Source of the DNA: Octopus vulgaris
Lineage: Eukaryota
Direction: 5' to 3'
Length of the DNA: 64,000 nucleotides
Assembly: GCA_951406725.2 (NCBI GenBank)
Contig: OX597815.1
Location: forward strand, 192,696,001 to 192,760,000
Notes under the pieces: generated by a model
Seen by the model: the letters and a program-made list of their open reading frames with translations, nothing else
Databases searched by the model: none
What the model was told of the DNA's origin: nothing
Program-made: the position numbers and the translations under genes
Part shown: piece after piece, positions 40,919 to 53,102 of the stretch
Layout of the letters: every line of letters starts with the position of its first letter
How positions within the stretch are numbered: the stretch's first letter is position 1

Positions 40919-41322
40919 TACTCTTTTACTTGTTTCAGTCATTTGACTTGACTCTGGCCATGCTGGAGCACCGCCTTTAGTCAAGCAAATCGACCCCAAG
41001 ACTTATTCTTTGTATGCCTAGTACTTATTCTATTGGTCTCTTTTGCCGAACCGCTAAGTTATGGGGACATAAACACACCAACATCAGTTGTTAAGCGATG
41101 TTGGGAGGACAAACACAGATACACAAACATACACACACACACACACATATATATATACGACAGGCTTCTTTCAGTTTCCCTCTACCAAGTCCACTCACAA
41201 GGCTTTGGTCGGCCCGAGGCTATAGTAGAAGACACTTGACCAAGGTGCCACACAGTGGGACTGAACCCAGAACCATGTGGTTGGTTAAGCAAGCTACTTA
41301 CCACACAGCCACTCCTATGCCT
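40919..41322 (-). mobile_element. SINE family A
   Basis: Family A consensus. Confidence 0.9.
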
Positions 41323-43608
41323 ATACGTTTCAGTATTTTGCAACACATGATGTCACACTAGAGACACAATCAGTTGGTGCAGCTTATAGGACAGACAGGG
41401 AGCAAACACATCATCAGACAATCAATAAGGAAATACATCATAGCCAACCATTAGATACAGACAACCTGTGCGTACAGGCAACAGTGGGAGTTTGATGTGA
41501 TTAACATTAGAGCAGAAACCTATGTGGTGTAATTGTCACACATTGAGCACCTCTGATCATAACTATACATGTATATACAAATACACACACAACCACATAC
41601 AAACCCCTGCATGCAAATCAATACAGATATGCACAAACCACGATACAGATACTTATTTATGAATACACAACACATATACATGTATATGTGTGTGTGTGTG
41701 TGTTAATGCAGATATTTTGATTTAATGAGACTAAAGTGTAAACCACTTAATGGTCTAAGGGGTTATAAATAAAAACAAAACATCAATACAGAATAAAAAT
41801 TTATATTAAAATAGTTTCCAACAAATGTTTAATAACCATGATTATAGGCCTTGGACCATTTCACATATGTAATATACAGATAGTGGTTTTTTAGTTGTTG
41901 TTTTTTTTGAGATCAGTAAGAACTGTACTGATACAAAAAGTTATTTGGTACTTATATTAAATTGCTCACCACCATGTGAAAGAGAAATTCTTCTTTCTCC
42001 TAGTTGTTCTTCATTTCTCAAAATATCTGAGACACAATAAAATCTAGAATTTTTTCTCTCAACTACACAGGATTTCAGTACCATACTTTCATAGTATTTT
42101 TAATGCACCCATTAGATCACGGTAATATGAGAGCAAAGAGGTATGACAAATATATGTACAAAAATGTGTTTATGTGTTGTGAGTAAAAAGACATACATAC
42201 TAACACACACACATATCCATATATACATATACATGGATATAAACATATATGCATACATACACACATATAAATGCACACACATAGACTAATATATATGAGA
42301 AATTATAATCAAAACAAGTTTATATCAATTGTTCCCGACATATGTTTCCACATTGTGGTTGTTTGGAACCTCTGCATTGGATGTTTGAAGTATAATTAGA
42401 TTCTTTATTGTATCATACTACAGAAATTTCTGTAACACAAACACACATATATATATATACAAAGATAAACACATATATATCTACATATATACATTTATAT
42501 ATGCTGAAGTGTTCAAGTCGAGGCATTTAAATGTGTGCTGTGTGCAAGAAGTAAGATGGTGAGGAGCCTCTTCTAGTCTCCTTATAGGTAAAGAACAAAG
42601 CCACAAACTCTTCTGGGTGTGTAGCAGTAATGGCATGGGTGATATAGGAATATTCTTGGCAGAGAAATGGACAGATAAAGTAACTGAAATAGTCAGAATG
42701 TGTGACAGGATTTTTAAGTTAAGACTAGTATTAGATAATACAACAGTAACATTTTTCTTGGCATATACTTGGTAAGATGGACTGGCAGATGAACAGAAAA
42801 CCACGAGGCCCTTCTGGTGATTACCACTGACAAATGGCTGATGACTTCAGTGAACATACTGAGCAGCACCCTAATGGATTTCATGGTATGTAAGTTATGG
42901 CTTTAGTTCTAGAAATGAGGAGAGACCAAAGTTACAGAGGGGATTCAGATGTTGTAAATGATACCTCTACATGTATTCCTTTATTCTCCCATAATTTACA
43001 TTGTCTCCCTATTACTGTTCTTTATCACTTTCTCCCACTGCCTGACTCATTCCTGTTTCCTTCACTTCTCCCAAAGTGACATTCACCATTGACCATACCT
43101 CCATCTATGTGCCCCATTTGCTGCATCATTCTCAATCCAAACCTCTCGTCATATGTCATACTCCTTTCACGTGCTCACAAACTTACTACCCTTCCACCCT
43201 TTCTGACACTCAGTCTCAATTATTTCATTTAATCTTGTACCATGAAGGTACACCTTCACATCCCTCTCTCTCTCTAACTTGGGAAGCCATGTATCTCCTC
43301 TTCAACAAGATACTTGCTCCTGCCTCTCTGTCACACTTTCATCTCCCACAAAACTATATATTCACTTAGTCATAGAACTTTGACTTGGAAGTTATTAGGT
43401 GACCCCCACAGGTGCAATATAAAAAGCACCCACAGAACACTTTGGTAAGTGAAGTGGTTGGTATTAGGAAGAGCACCTAGCCAGAACCATCATGCCAAAA
43501 CAGAAACTGAATCTCGGCCCTATCCTCTGGTTCATTAGATCCTGTCAATCCATCCAACCCAAGCCAGCGTGGAAAATGAACACACACACACACACACGCA
43601 CACACATA

Positions 43609-43818
43609 TCTAATATAATAAATGCGAAAACTGATTTCTGTGTGTCAGTGTGTCACACTTAGACCCCTTCTCTCATTGGGATATGACTCTGGAGGAAACA
43701 ATTGCAACAAATTCTCCAAAACAAGACAAAGATCTGTTTGCAGATCTTCCCCCTCAGAGTCAGTTGCTTAAAATGCTATGTACTAGTATAAAAGCCACCC
43801 TATGGGCGGTTTTTAAGC

Positions 43819-43821
<3 letters not shown>
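43609..43821 (+). mobile_element. Short non-autonomous Helitron
   Basis: 5' TCTAATATAATAAA, 3' hairpin AAAAGCCACCC-TAT-GGGCGGTTTTT then CTAG|T. Confidence 0.72.
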
Positions 43822-43864
<43 letters not shown>

Positions 43865-43891
43865 GAAAAAAGCAACAAGAATGGATTAAAA

Positions 43892-43979
43892 TCTCGGTAC
43901 AATTGTTTCGTACGAGGACATCTTTAATAAGCTACAAAAAATACAGTAAATACAGATGGCTCGTACTCGTCAGCCGAAA
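43892..43979 (-). ncRNA. Type I hammerhead ribozyme motif, extended stem II
   Basis: UUUCGG-CUGACGA-GUACGAG...CUCGUAC-GAAA-CAAUUG-UA-CCGAGA; the core is canonical and stem I is fully paired. Confidence 0.82.
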
Positions 43980-44420
43980 AAACATCAGAGAATTCCCAAA
44001 CATCAAAAGGGGTAGATACAAATGAGGGTGTAAGATTAACTGCATTGAAGTTCAATGCATTGTAAGTTCAAGACTTTTTATCGGATCTCCAGGAATCGAA
44101 CTTATCTGTGATTCTTGTAACAATCTGTTCCTCTACACGATATGATAGTCACTTTGCTTCTTACTCGGATTTTCCTCTACACGATATGACAGTCACTTTG
44201 CTTCTTACTCGGATTTTCAGAAATTTCACATGACTGTATCTGAAATTTCTTCACATAACTTGATTAACAATTCAATATGAGCTATATATAGACATGCACA
44301 AATTCTGTAAGTTTAAGACCTTTCATTGGATCTCCAGGAATCGAACTTTCGTCAATGCAGTTAATCTTACACCCTCATTTGTATTTACCCCTTTTGATGT
44401 TTGGGAATTCTCTGATGTTT

Positions 44421-44508
44421 TTTCGGCTGACGAGTACGAGCCATCTGTATTTACTGCATTTTTTGTAGCTTATTAAAGATGTCCTCGTACGAAACAATTG
44501 TACCAAGA
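44421..44508 (+). ncRNA. Type I hammerhead ribozyme motif, extended stem II
   Basis: UUUCGG-CUGACGA(44427-44433)-GUACGAG...CUCGUAC-GAAA(44491-44494)-CAAUUG-UA-CCAAGA; one stem I mismatch. Confidence 0.78.
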
Positions 44509-44696
44509 TTTTAATCCATTCTTGTTGCTTTTTTCCTATTTGTAATCACCCCACTTGTCGTATGGTTAACACCATATAGATTTCCGGTGCATCCTAGTTA
44601 AGGACCATATTCATGTGAATTCATTAGAATTCACTTGAATCTCAATTACTTAAACCGTATATCATCATCATCATCATCATCGTTTAACGTCCGTTT

Positions 44697-44757
<61 letters not shown>

Positions 44758-44761
<4 letters not shown>

Positions 44762-44879
44762 GTTGAGGAAAATGTTTGTGCACCATGTTAAAATAATGAA
44801 CTGAATGAACACACACACCAGAAAAATATATAAAAAAAGCATTATTTTAACACAGCATACAAACTTTTCCTCAACCTGA
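44758..44879. mobile_element. Tc1/mariner-type MITE in (TA)n
   Basis: Imperfect TIRs of about 40 bp, TYAGGTTGAGGAAAA...GTTAAAATAATG, with TA flanks. Confidence 0.75.
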
Positions 44880-45774
44880 TATATATGTATACAGATATAT
44901 ACATACATATACACACTCATAAATACATATACACATATATATATATACATGTACACACATATATGTATATATACACATACACGTACACAAACACACACAC
45001 ATAAATGTATACATACATCTACACATACATACATATATATATATAAACACATGCACACACACGCACACACAAACACACGTTTGTTTGAAGCTGAAGTTAC
45101 AACCAATTTCCCTCTTGTATTTTCCTTCATTTTGCTGCTGCTGCTGTTGTTGTTGTTGTTTAGAAAAGTAAAAACCAGAAGAATCGAAGAAGAGAAAAAA
45201 CAAGAGAGCAGTTTTCAAGTACAAGATGAGATTCAAGCAAAGAGTTGTTTTGATGATGCATGGTTGGCATAAAGCATTGATAAAACCCAGTTGCTGCGAT
45301 AAAATGAACTTTTCTGAATGAAACATGAGTTTTGTCAGGCAGTTTTTGTGCATATTATTCATTCAAATTTATATTTATATCATGTAACTTCTGCTGAAAA
45401 TCACCCAACAATTCATATTTATTATTGATTTTTGCAAAATAAATCCATTCAAGAAAAATTATCAGTAAGAATATGCGGAGTGAATGAGAACAGTTATGTT
45501 TACATTCAATATTGAATATTCAAAAGTTAGGATATTATCTTCTTACAGAGAATTCTACATTTTTAAAGTTTTAGAAGAGTCTATTTGAATTTTAATTGTG
45601 TTCCTATGCATCTTGTTGTCACTGACCAGAAAAAATAAAAACAAGTCTGGAATCTATTGACTACTGGCTGTTACTGGTAATGGGGGGTGACCATATTGGC
45701 TCCCATGCTCATCTTGCCACTGAATGGAGGTGGGGTTACTTCACAAGGTACCAGCACTCTCGACATTTCCTTAA

Positions 45775-46243
45775 CTCTTTTGATACCTGACTGGCTCCTG
45801 TGCTGGTGGCAAGTAAAAAGCATCATTTGAGCATGGTCGATGTCAGTGCCACATAAAACGTACCCACTACGCTCTCGGAGTGGTTGGTGTTAGGAAGGGC
45901 ATCTAGCTGTAGAAACCTTGCCAGATCAGTTTGAAGCCTGGTACAGCCAACTGACTTGGCTGTCTTCAGTCAAACCGTCCAACCCATACCAGTATGGAAA
46001 GTGGACGTTAATCGAGGATGATGATGATGATGATGATGATGATTGCTCTTGACCCTATGATACAAACTTTCTGTTTTAATGTTGTTTTAGCTAAAACTTT
46101 CTTTCAAAATTTCATGTTAAATTATGTTCGAAACACTAGATTAACGGCAAAAGATATTTTACTAAATTCTTTGTAATTTTCACAATTAATTGAAATAAAG
46201 GCTAAAGGCAGTGTATTTCAGTAAAATTAGGGTAACAAAAGGG
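45775..46243. mobile_element. Diverged MITE E-like element interrupted by family C (45787-46043, +)
   Basis: ttaa-CTCTTTTGATACC left end and GGTAACAAAAGGG-ttaa right end, with a family C body and (GAT)n between them. Confidence 0.72.
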
Positions 46244-47593
46244 TTAAAACTAAAATCAAAAGCAAACCCTAAATAGACAATTTTCTCTCCTCTTTTCCAA
46301 CATCCATGGATTTCATTTTGAACTAAACATCACACATTACCTAATACTAACACATAAACTATACATTCTATTCCTTTCTGAACCACAAATCTTTCACCCC
46401 TTATCTTTTAGTCGATCTATAAATTTTAATCCAGGCTATACATTTTACTCAAATTTCATTCAGAAAGATACTGTCTGTGTACATGCCTATTTCAGTCATC
46501 CTACTCACCTGGCGATCAACAATAACAAAGTCTTCCGGTTACTCTCACTCAAATGTTCCTACCTCAACTCCTCTAAATGCATCTCCTTCCTCTACTACTC
46601 TCCAAACTCCAGAAACCACCAACAACTCCTAAAACTATATCTTTCTGCATTAATGACATCTATATCATATTACTGCTCCCTGAAGTCATCAACTTCAGTG
46701 ACTTCAATGCCCAGAACTCAAAATAAATTAATATTAGAGAGAGAAGAGAGAGAGAGAGAGAGAGGTGCTAAGGGAAATGTAGGTAATCTAATGTAAAACA
46801 TTTGGGGGTATTTGATATAAATCAGGTTATAAGTTAAGGATTAGTTCTCACAGGGCTGCTTAATATGATGAATTAATTGTAAAGGGTTTATATATTTTAT
46901 AGTACAAGATAAGAAAGTTTGGGGGGAATTTTTTAAGAGGGAAGGAAGAGAGTGAAGGAAAAATATACTTAATTGTTTTATAATGTCAAGCTGGTTCAAA
47001 GGAATTTGTAAAAAGCATCAGGAGCACAGTCTAATTATATGAAGGAGAACCTAGACCATTTGCTCATAGGTGAGGAAGATAGCTCATATACCAGGGTGGA
47101 TATTGGATTTAAAATGTAAGTTGAGGTAGTTTTGCATGAACAAAGGTGAGATGTGTTGGACAATGAAAAAAATTCTTACAGTAAGAAAAGAAAAGCCAAA
47201 TCAACATCATTTGCTTTGTAGTGAGGGAGGGGAAGTAATTAGGAAATATATTATTATAATATTAGTATAAATTTGAATTTAAAAGTTCAAACGGAATTTC
47301 AATAAAATGGTTCATAACTGATGGATTTTTACTATAGTCAAAGAAAATGAGAAGTGGTGGGAAAGACTTGTATCCGTAGAAAAGGATAAAGTAAAAAAGA
47401 TAAAAGGTTCAAATTTATTAGTTTGTACTTTGTCAAATGCAATAAAAAAATAAAGACCAGCAATTCTATCAATATTACAAGGGTAGTTATGTACGGTGTC
47501 AAAAGAACGATTTTGATTTCTAAGATATGAATAAGATGTTAACAGGACACAAAGATGATTAGTCAAGTGTTTTCAGGTGGTAAGTGTTTGGCT

Positions 47594-47790
47594 GCGAAAT
47601 GCTCAGCAGTATTTCGTCTGTCGTTACGTTCTGGGTTCAAACACCGCCAAGGTCGACTTTGCCTTTTATCCTTTCGGGGTCGATAAATAAAGTACCAGTT
47701 ACGCACTGGGATCGATGTAGTTGACTTAATCCCTTTGTCTGTCTTTGTTTGTCCCCTCTATGTTTAGCCCCTTGTTGGCAATAAAGAAAT
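47594..47790 (+). mobile_element. SINE family B, 5'-truncated
   Basis: B body and tail aaagaaata. Confidence 0.85.
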
Positions 47791-49137
47791 ATATTATTTT
47801 GAACTCTACATCAAAATGAAAGGAGATGAAATCAATTCTTTAAGACGGTTAAGAAGGAGAATTTTCAGGCTCTCTCTTGTACATTTGTACACAGTCAGTG
47901 GCAATGGCAGTAGCATCATCGTCATCATCTTCCATGCTGGCATGGGTCAGACAGTTTGACAGGACCCCATGGATCCAAGGACTGTATTGTGCTCCAGTGT
48001 TTCCTCTGACATGTATTGAGTGCTTTATCACGCCACCAGCACAAGCTAGATCACTATGTAGATTGCAAGACTATGAATAACTCCCTTTGCAGACCAATAT
48101 ATATATATATACATATATATCTTTCTGCATTAATGACACCTATATCATATTACTGCTTTGTAAACTTTCGACTTAATACCTTTGTCTGTCCCCTCTGTGT
48201 TTAGCTCCCTTGTGGGTAATAAAGAAATATAATATGGTCACCCCCATTACTTGTAACAGCCAGTAGTCAATAGATAACAGACTTTTTTTCTTTCTGGTCA
48301 GTGATAAGATGCATAGGAACACAATTAAAATTCAAATAGGCTCTTCTAAAAAGTCAGTGACCAGTGACTTTTTTATTGCTAGTGTAAGACTTGATGAAAG
48401 AAAGTATCTCCTATTTAATCTTTGTTAAATAAGGGAAGGTTAAAGAAAGGCAGGTTATCAACTGCAAGTTTGCATTAAAACCATAAACTGTAGTTAATAT
48501 AGTAAAGATTGTAAATGTTTCTGATATAATATCATTCTAAAGGTGAGTCTGGAATGTAAATAAACAGCACAAATACAATGCTGTATGGTTAAAGGAGATA
48601 CGGAGTGAGAGATGTAAAAAAATGTCTCACCACCCACAACATATAACTTCACTAAAATTCCAATAATTATTACAAAACTTTCAAATGGAAAAATGATCTG
48701 TGAGACCTGACAGTTAGATATTGGTAGAGGAATATCATATTCGACAGGAACGCTGGGCAACCTGTTCGAAATGTATCTCATCAATCATTTAACAATGGCT
48801 AGTGTCCGCGATAAGCCAGACTGGCTGGCAGTTTGCACAGACAATACGTATGCCTAAGAACCAGGAGATGCATGTGGCCAGAAATTACAGGCCAATAGCA
48901 TACTTAAATATTTTGAGAAACTATACACAAGTTGCATGAATATCTTTCTTTAAGATCACTGCAAAACAAACAATGTGATGATTGATGAGCAGGAGGGAAG
49001 AAAGAAGAATGTAGGAGATTGTCATGAATAAAGCTGTCCTAAGGTAGTGAAGCAACATCATGGAAATAAACTAAGAGAATGACAATTCTATAAGACACTG
49101 CTTTTTCTAAATACTGTTTTGGTAATTTAGCTTATAA

Positions 49138-49350
49138 CTTTTATCTTTTACTTGTTTCGGTCATTAGACTGCAGCCATGCTAGGGCCCTGCCTAGAAGAA
49201 CTTTTGCTCAAATGAATCAACTCCAGGACTTCTTTTTTTTTTGTCTTTAAGCCTGGTATTTACTCTACTGGTCTCTTTTGTTGAACCACCAAGTTACAGA
49301 GACATTAACACATCAACACCAGTTGGTGGGGGACAAACACAGACACAAAG
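49138..49350 (-). mobile_element. SINE family A, 3' half (5' half probably 50255-50383)
   Basis: The family A tail half and head half are separated by two family C insertions and microsatellites. Confidence 0.7.
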
Positions 49351-49381
49351 GACACACACATACATAAATACATACATACAG

Positions 49382-49725
49382 CATGCCGTGATGGTGGCAT
49401 GTCATGAAAAGTACCATTCGAGTGTTGTCGATGCCAGTGCCATCTGACTGGCTCCTGTGCTGGTGGTACATAAAAAGCACCATTCAAGTGTTGCTGATGC
49501 CAGTTCCACCTGACTGGTTCCCATGCTGGTGGCATGTAAAAAAACACCCACTGCACTCTTGGAGTGATTGGCGTTAGGAAGGGCATCCAACTGTAGAAAC
49601 CTTGCCAAATCAGATTGGTGTCTAGTGCAGCTTCTGGCCTGCCAGTTCTCAGTCAAACCATTCAGCCTATGCCAGCATGGAAAGCAGACATTAAATGATG
49701 ACGATAATGATGATGATGATGATAA
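49382..49725 (+). mobile_element. Retroposon family C with three modules
   Basis: Modules ...ggtggcatgtaaaaaaacacc, body ggcgttaggaagggcatcc and a (GAT)n tail. Confidence 0.85.
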
Positions 49726-49913
49726 TGATATATATATATGTATATATTAATGTAAGATCCAAGGATCGAGGTGTAGTACGAAGGTCAGCTATACACTTTG
49801 CTTGGATATTTGCCACTTCTGAGGTTCTGCTCACTATGAAACATATGAGCCTGGATATTGACTACTCCCTTCCTTAACTCTTGTATATATATACATATAC
49901 ATATATATATATA

Positions 49914-50206
49914 AAGCACCATCCGTTCGTGGCCATTGCCAGCCTCGCCTGGCCCCCGTGCTGGTGGCACGTAAAAAGCACCATCCGTCTGTGGCCGTTT
50001 GCCAGCTCCGTCTGGCACCTGTGCGGGTGGCACGTAAAAAGCACCAACTACACTCACGGAGTGGTTGGCGTTAGGAAGAGCATCCAGCCGTAGAAACACT
50101 GCCAGATCAGACTGGGCCTGATGCAGCCTTCTGACTTCCCAGACCCCAGTTGAACCGTCCAACCCACGCTAGCATGGAAAGCGGACGCTAAATGATGATG
50201 ATGATG
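49914..50206 (+). mobile_element. Retroposon family C, young CpG-rich copy with two modules
   Basis: Two gtgc-ggtggcacgtaaaaagcacca modules, body and (GAT)n tail. Confidence 0.9.
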
Positions 50207-50240
<34 letters not shown>

Positions 50241-50988
50241 GTATAAAAGTATGAGAAGCTTCTTTCAGTTTCCATCTACCAAGTCCATTCACAAGGTATT
50301 GGCCACTTGTACAAGGTGCCACACAGTGGGACTGTACCCAGAACCATACGGTTGGGAAGCAAACTTCTTACCACACAGCCACACCGAGTTTAAAAAAAAA
50401 AATAAAATAAAATCTAGCCAAAATAATCCCAATCATTACCAGCAGAGTCTGGCAAAGTAACAGAATCAGAGATATCATAGAAATATGATTCTATGATCTA
50501 TGCCTGGAATGAACAGATTAACGAGTGCTTTTAAAGTAGCGCTCTTGATTGGTAAGAAGCATCTAACGGGCACTGGGATAGAGAAGTATTCATGTGTTTT
50601 GCACATGTGTAATGGCATGTATATATAAATTCAGGAAACAGTGTATCATTTCGTTTATTTTGGTAGCGGAATCAAATTCTGCTGACACAGAGTTTTCAAT
50701 TTATGAAGTGAGAGGTCTTCAACGTATATTTGTTTACAATGCCGATATTCATATAGACAGGGGAGGCCCATGACCAACCCTACCTCCGTACTCAATCGTT
50801 CGTTACTGTCGTGTGTGCGTATGTGTGTGTGAGTATGTGTGTGTGTGTGTGTGTGAGCATATGCATGTGTGTGTGTGTGTTAGCATATGCATGTGCATAC
50901 ACAGATGTGTGTGTTACTACATTCTGCAAATTTCAAGCCCAGATCATGGGCATATTTTTAAGTTAAAGAATGTGACAGGTCTACAAGT

Positions 50989-51002
50989 ACAGCAGCAGCA
51001 GC

Positions 51003-51041
<39 letters not shown>

Positions 51042-51147
51042 GGTGGTGGTGGTGGTGATGGTGGTGGTGGTGGTAGAAGTAGTAGCAGCAGTAGTAGTAG
51101 TAGTAATGGTGGTGGTGGTGGTAGTAGTAGTAGTAGTAGTGGTGGTG

Positions 51148-51191
<44 letters not shown>

Positions 51192-51250
51192 CGTGGTGGT
51201 GGTGGTGGTGGTGGTGGTGGTGGTGGTAGCAGCAACAGCAGCAGCAGCAA
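50989..51250. repeat. Compound (GCA)/(GTA)/(GTG) trinucleotide microsatellite
   Basis: Read directly; explains the poly-V, T, H and Y ORFs. Confidence 0.95.
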
Positions 51251-51750
51251 TAGCATGGAGGCATGCACTGTAACTGCGTGTCACTGTATTTATCATTTGT
51301 TGGTGACTCCCTACTCCAGGCAGATGATGGATTTGTACCACTCAGGTGACAAGCATCCAACCCATGGGTCTGTTTTGGGTAGTTGTTGCTGGTGAGGGCT
51401 TTATGAGGTCAAATTGCAAATCCTACCTCGTCCCACTCTTAGTCATCTTTCATGACACACAGAGGAAACGTTGGGTCTATTCTTTGGCATGCTGGTCCCC
51501 ACACAGTACGCAAGTACATTCAGGAAGCAAAATTGGTTCAAATGTAGAAGATATGCCAGGAGTGACTGCTCTAATGCTGAGTCCTCGTAAGGAAAAGCAC
51601 CTCAAATTTGTACATTAGATTAGCACCTGAAGACATGTTTTGCAGCTGTGATATCACTGTTAAACCAATTAACAGACAAATGATAACAGGTGTCTACAAT
51701 GATGTCATGATTTGTAGCATAACTACTACAAACACCTGTTTGAAACTTAA

Positions 51751-52265
51751 CCTTTTTGTTACCAACCCGGCTCTGGTTCTGAGTACAAATGTCTTATTTT
51801 CATAAGTTTAAAATTAAAATCTTCCACCAAACCTTAGTCACAATCTATGTTCTTAACACTAGCTTAATGATAACTAAGTTATTTTACTAAATTCTTTGTT
51901 ATATTTAAAATTAATTGAAAGAAACACAGAGCATCATCATCATCGTTTAACGTCCGTTCTCCATGCTAGCATGGGTTGGACGGTTCGACCGGGGATCTGG
52001 GAAGCCAGAAGGCTGCACCAGGCTCCAGTCTTTTCTGGCAATGTTTCTACAGCTGGATGCCCTTCCTAATGCCAACCACTCCGTGAGTGTAGTGGGTGCT
52101 TTTTACGTGCCACCCGCACAGGTGCCAGGCGAGGCTGGTAATGGCCACGGTTGGATTGGCGCATTTTATGTGCCACCGGCACGGAAGCCAGTCGAGGCAG
52201 CACTGGCTTCGGCCATGATTTGGATGGTGCTTTTTACGTACAACAGAAATACAGTAATGAAAGGG
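51751..52265. mobile_element. MITE E interrupted by family C (51932-52240, -)
   Basis: ttaa-CCTTTTTG left end. The MITE breaks at gagcatc and resumes caacagaaata...AAAGGG-ttaa. Confidence 0.85.
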
Positions 52266-52652
52266 TTAAAACATGATTGCCATGTTATTCAGGTGATGGA
52301 TTGACTTTTTGATGTATGGAATGGCTGATACTATAGAAGTGTCAGAGCACATAAATTTGTATGTAGGTCTGTAAATATTTACCAATGTTACAATGATGAA
52401 TTGTTTATTTCACGAGTTCTTCACAGATACTTGTCCTGTCATCTTTGGGTTGTCATTAAGTATTTTTCTCAGTTGAATGACATTTATGACATGGATTAAT
52501 ATAAGCAGTTAATTGTTTTATAAACTCCTAACTTACCGTTTTGTTCTATTTAAATCTCTATTAGTAACATTGTGTGGGATAAAATCATCTTGTAAATATT
52601 GTGTATACACCAAACACAAGCACTTTGTTGGAATTTTAAAATTCTATCACAC

Positions 52653-52815
52653 CTCATTGGTTTTCAGACTCAAATATAAGAATTTGACAATCTTCAGATT
52701 ATAGGACTACTGGCTTTGGTGGTGTCATTCACCCCGCTCATTGCTTTTCAAACTCAAATACAAGAATTTGACAATCTTCAGATTATAGGACTATTGGTGG
52801 TGTTATTCACCTCAC
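52653..52815 (+). repeat. Tandem duplication, about 84-bp unit x2
   Basis: ctcattg-ttttca-actcaaata-aagaatttgacaatcttcagattataggacta occurs twice. Confidence 0.9.
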
Positions 52816-53102
52816 TCCTATTGTAAAGTATCATGGAAACTTTAAATCAAAACAGAGTCAGAGGGGCAACTAAAATGGAATTTAATTCAAACAATTACTA
52901 CTGGTGTACTTCAGAACATTTTAGTGTAGGTTACAGATAAAGTAGAGCAATCTGATTGTTAGGTTTTATTTTTGAACCCAGCTGGCTTCTTAAGTGTTGT
53001 TTCTGCATTTCTTTCAACAATACACATGCATTTCCTAAATATACACATGTATATAGAAAATATACAGTCATAGATATACATATATATGACTAATGAGAAA
53101 TA

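Larger units (their letters stand above)
43859..44655. mobile_element. Penelope-like element remnant: 190-bp inverted repeat (43859-44048 / 44352-44541) plus 3' extension
   Basis: The arms differ at about 3 positions and each carries a hammerhead motif. Flanked by microsatellite and homologous to 63582-64000. Confidence 0.72.

Noticed and set aside
44871-45362. 163-aa and 107-aa ORFs as host exons
   Set aside because: About half is microsatellite and the rest has no recognisable domain.
46750-49130. Possible old LINE RT (FFIAFDKV on the minus strand)
   Set aside because: A single short motif only; needs a translated search.
49750-49882. Hammerhead in a (TA)n-flanked island (ctgaggt...gaaacatatgag)
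   Set aside because: The core, stem II and cleavage triplet do not fit.
49930-49985. HDV-like, pistol or twister ribozyme in family C modules
   Set aside because: gccagcctcgcctggc resembles HDV P3/L3 and the CGUGC/GCACG-UAAA stem resembles pistol P1, but I could not build the remaining helices or catalytic residues.
50944-51360. Poly-H, Y, T, V ORFs
   Set aside because: Microsatellite translation.
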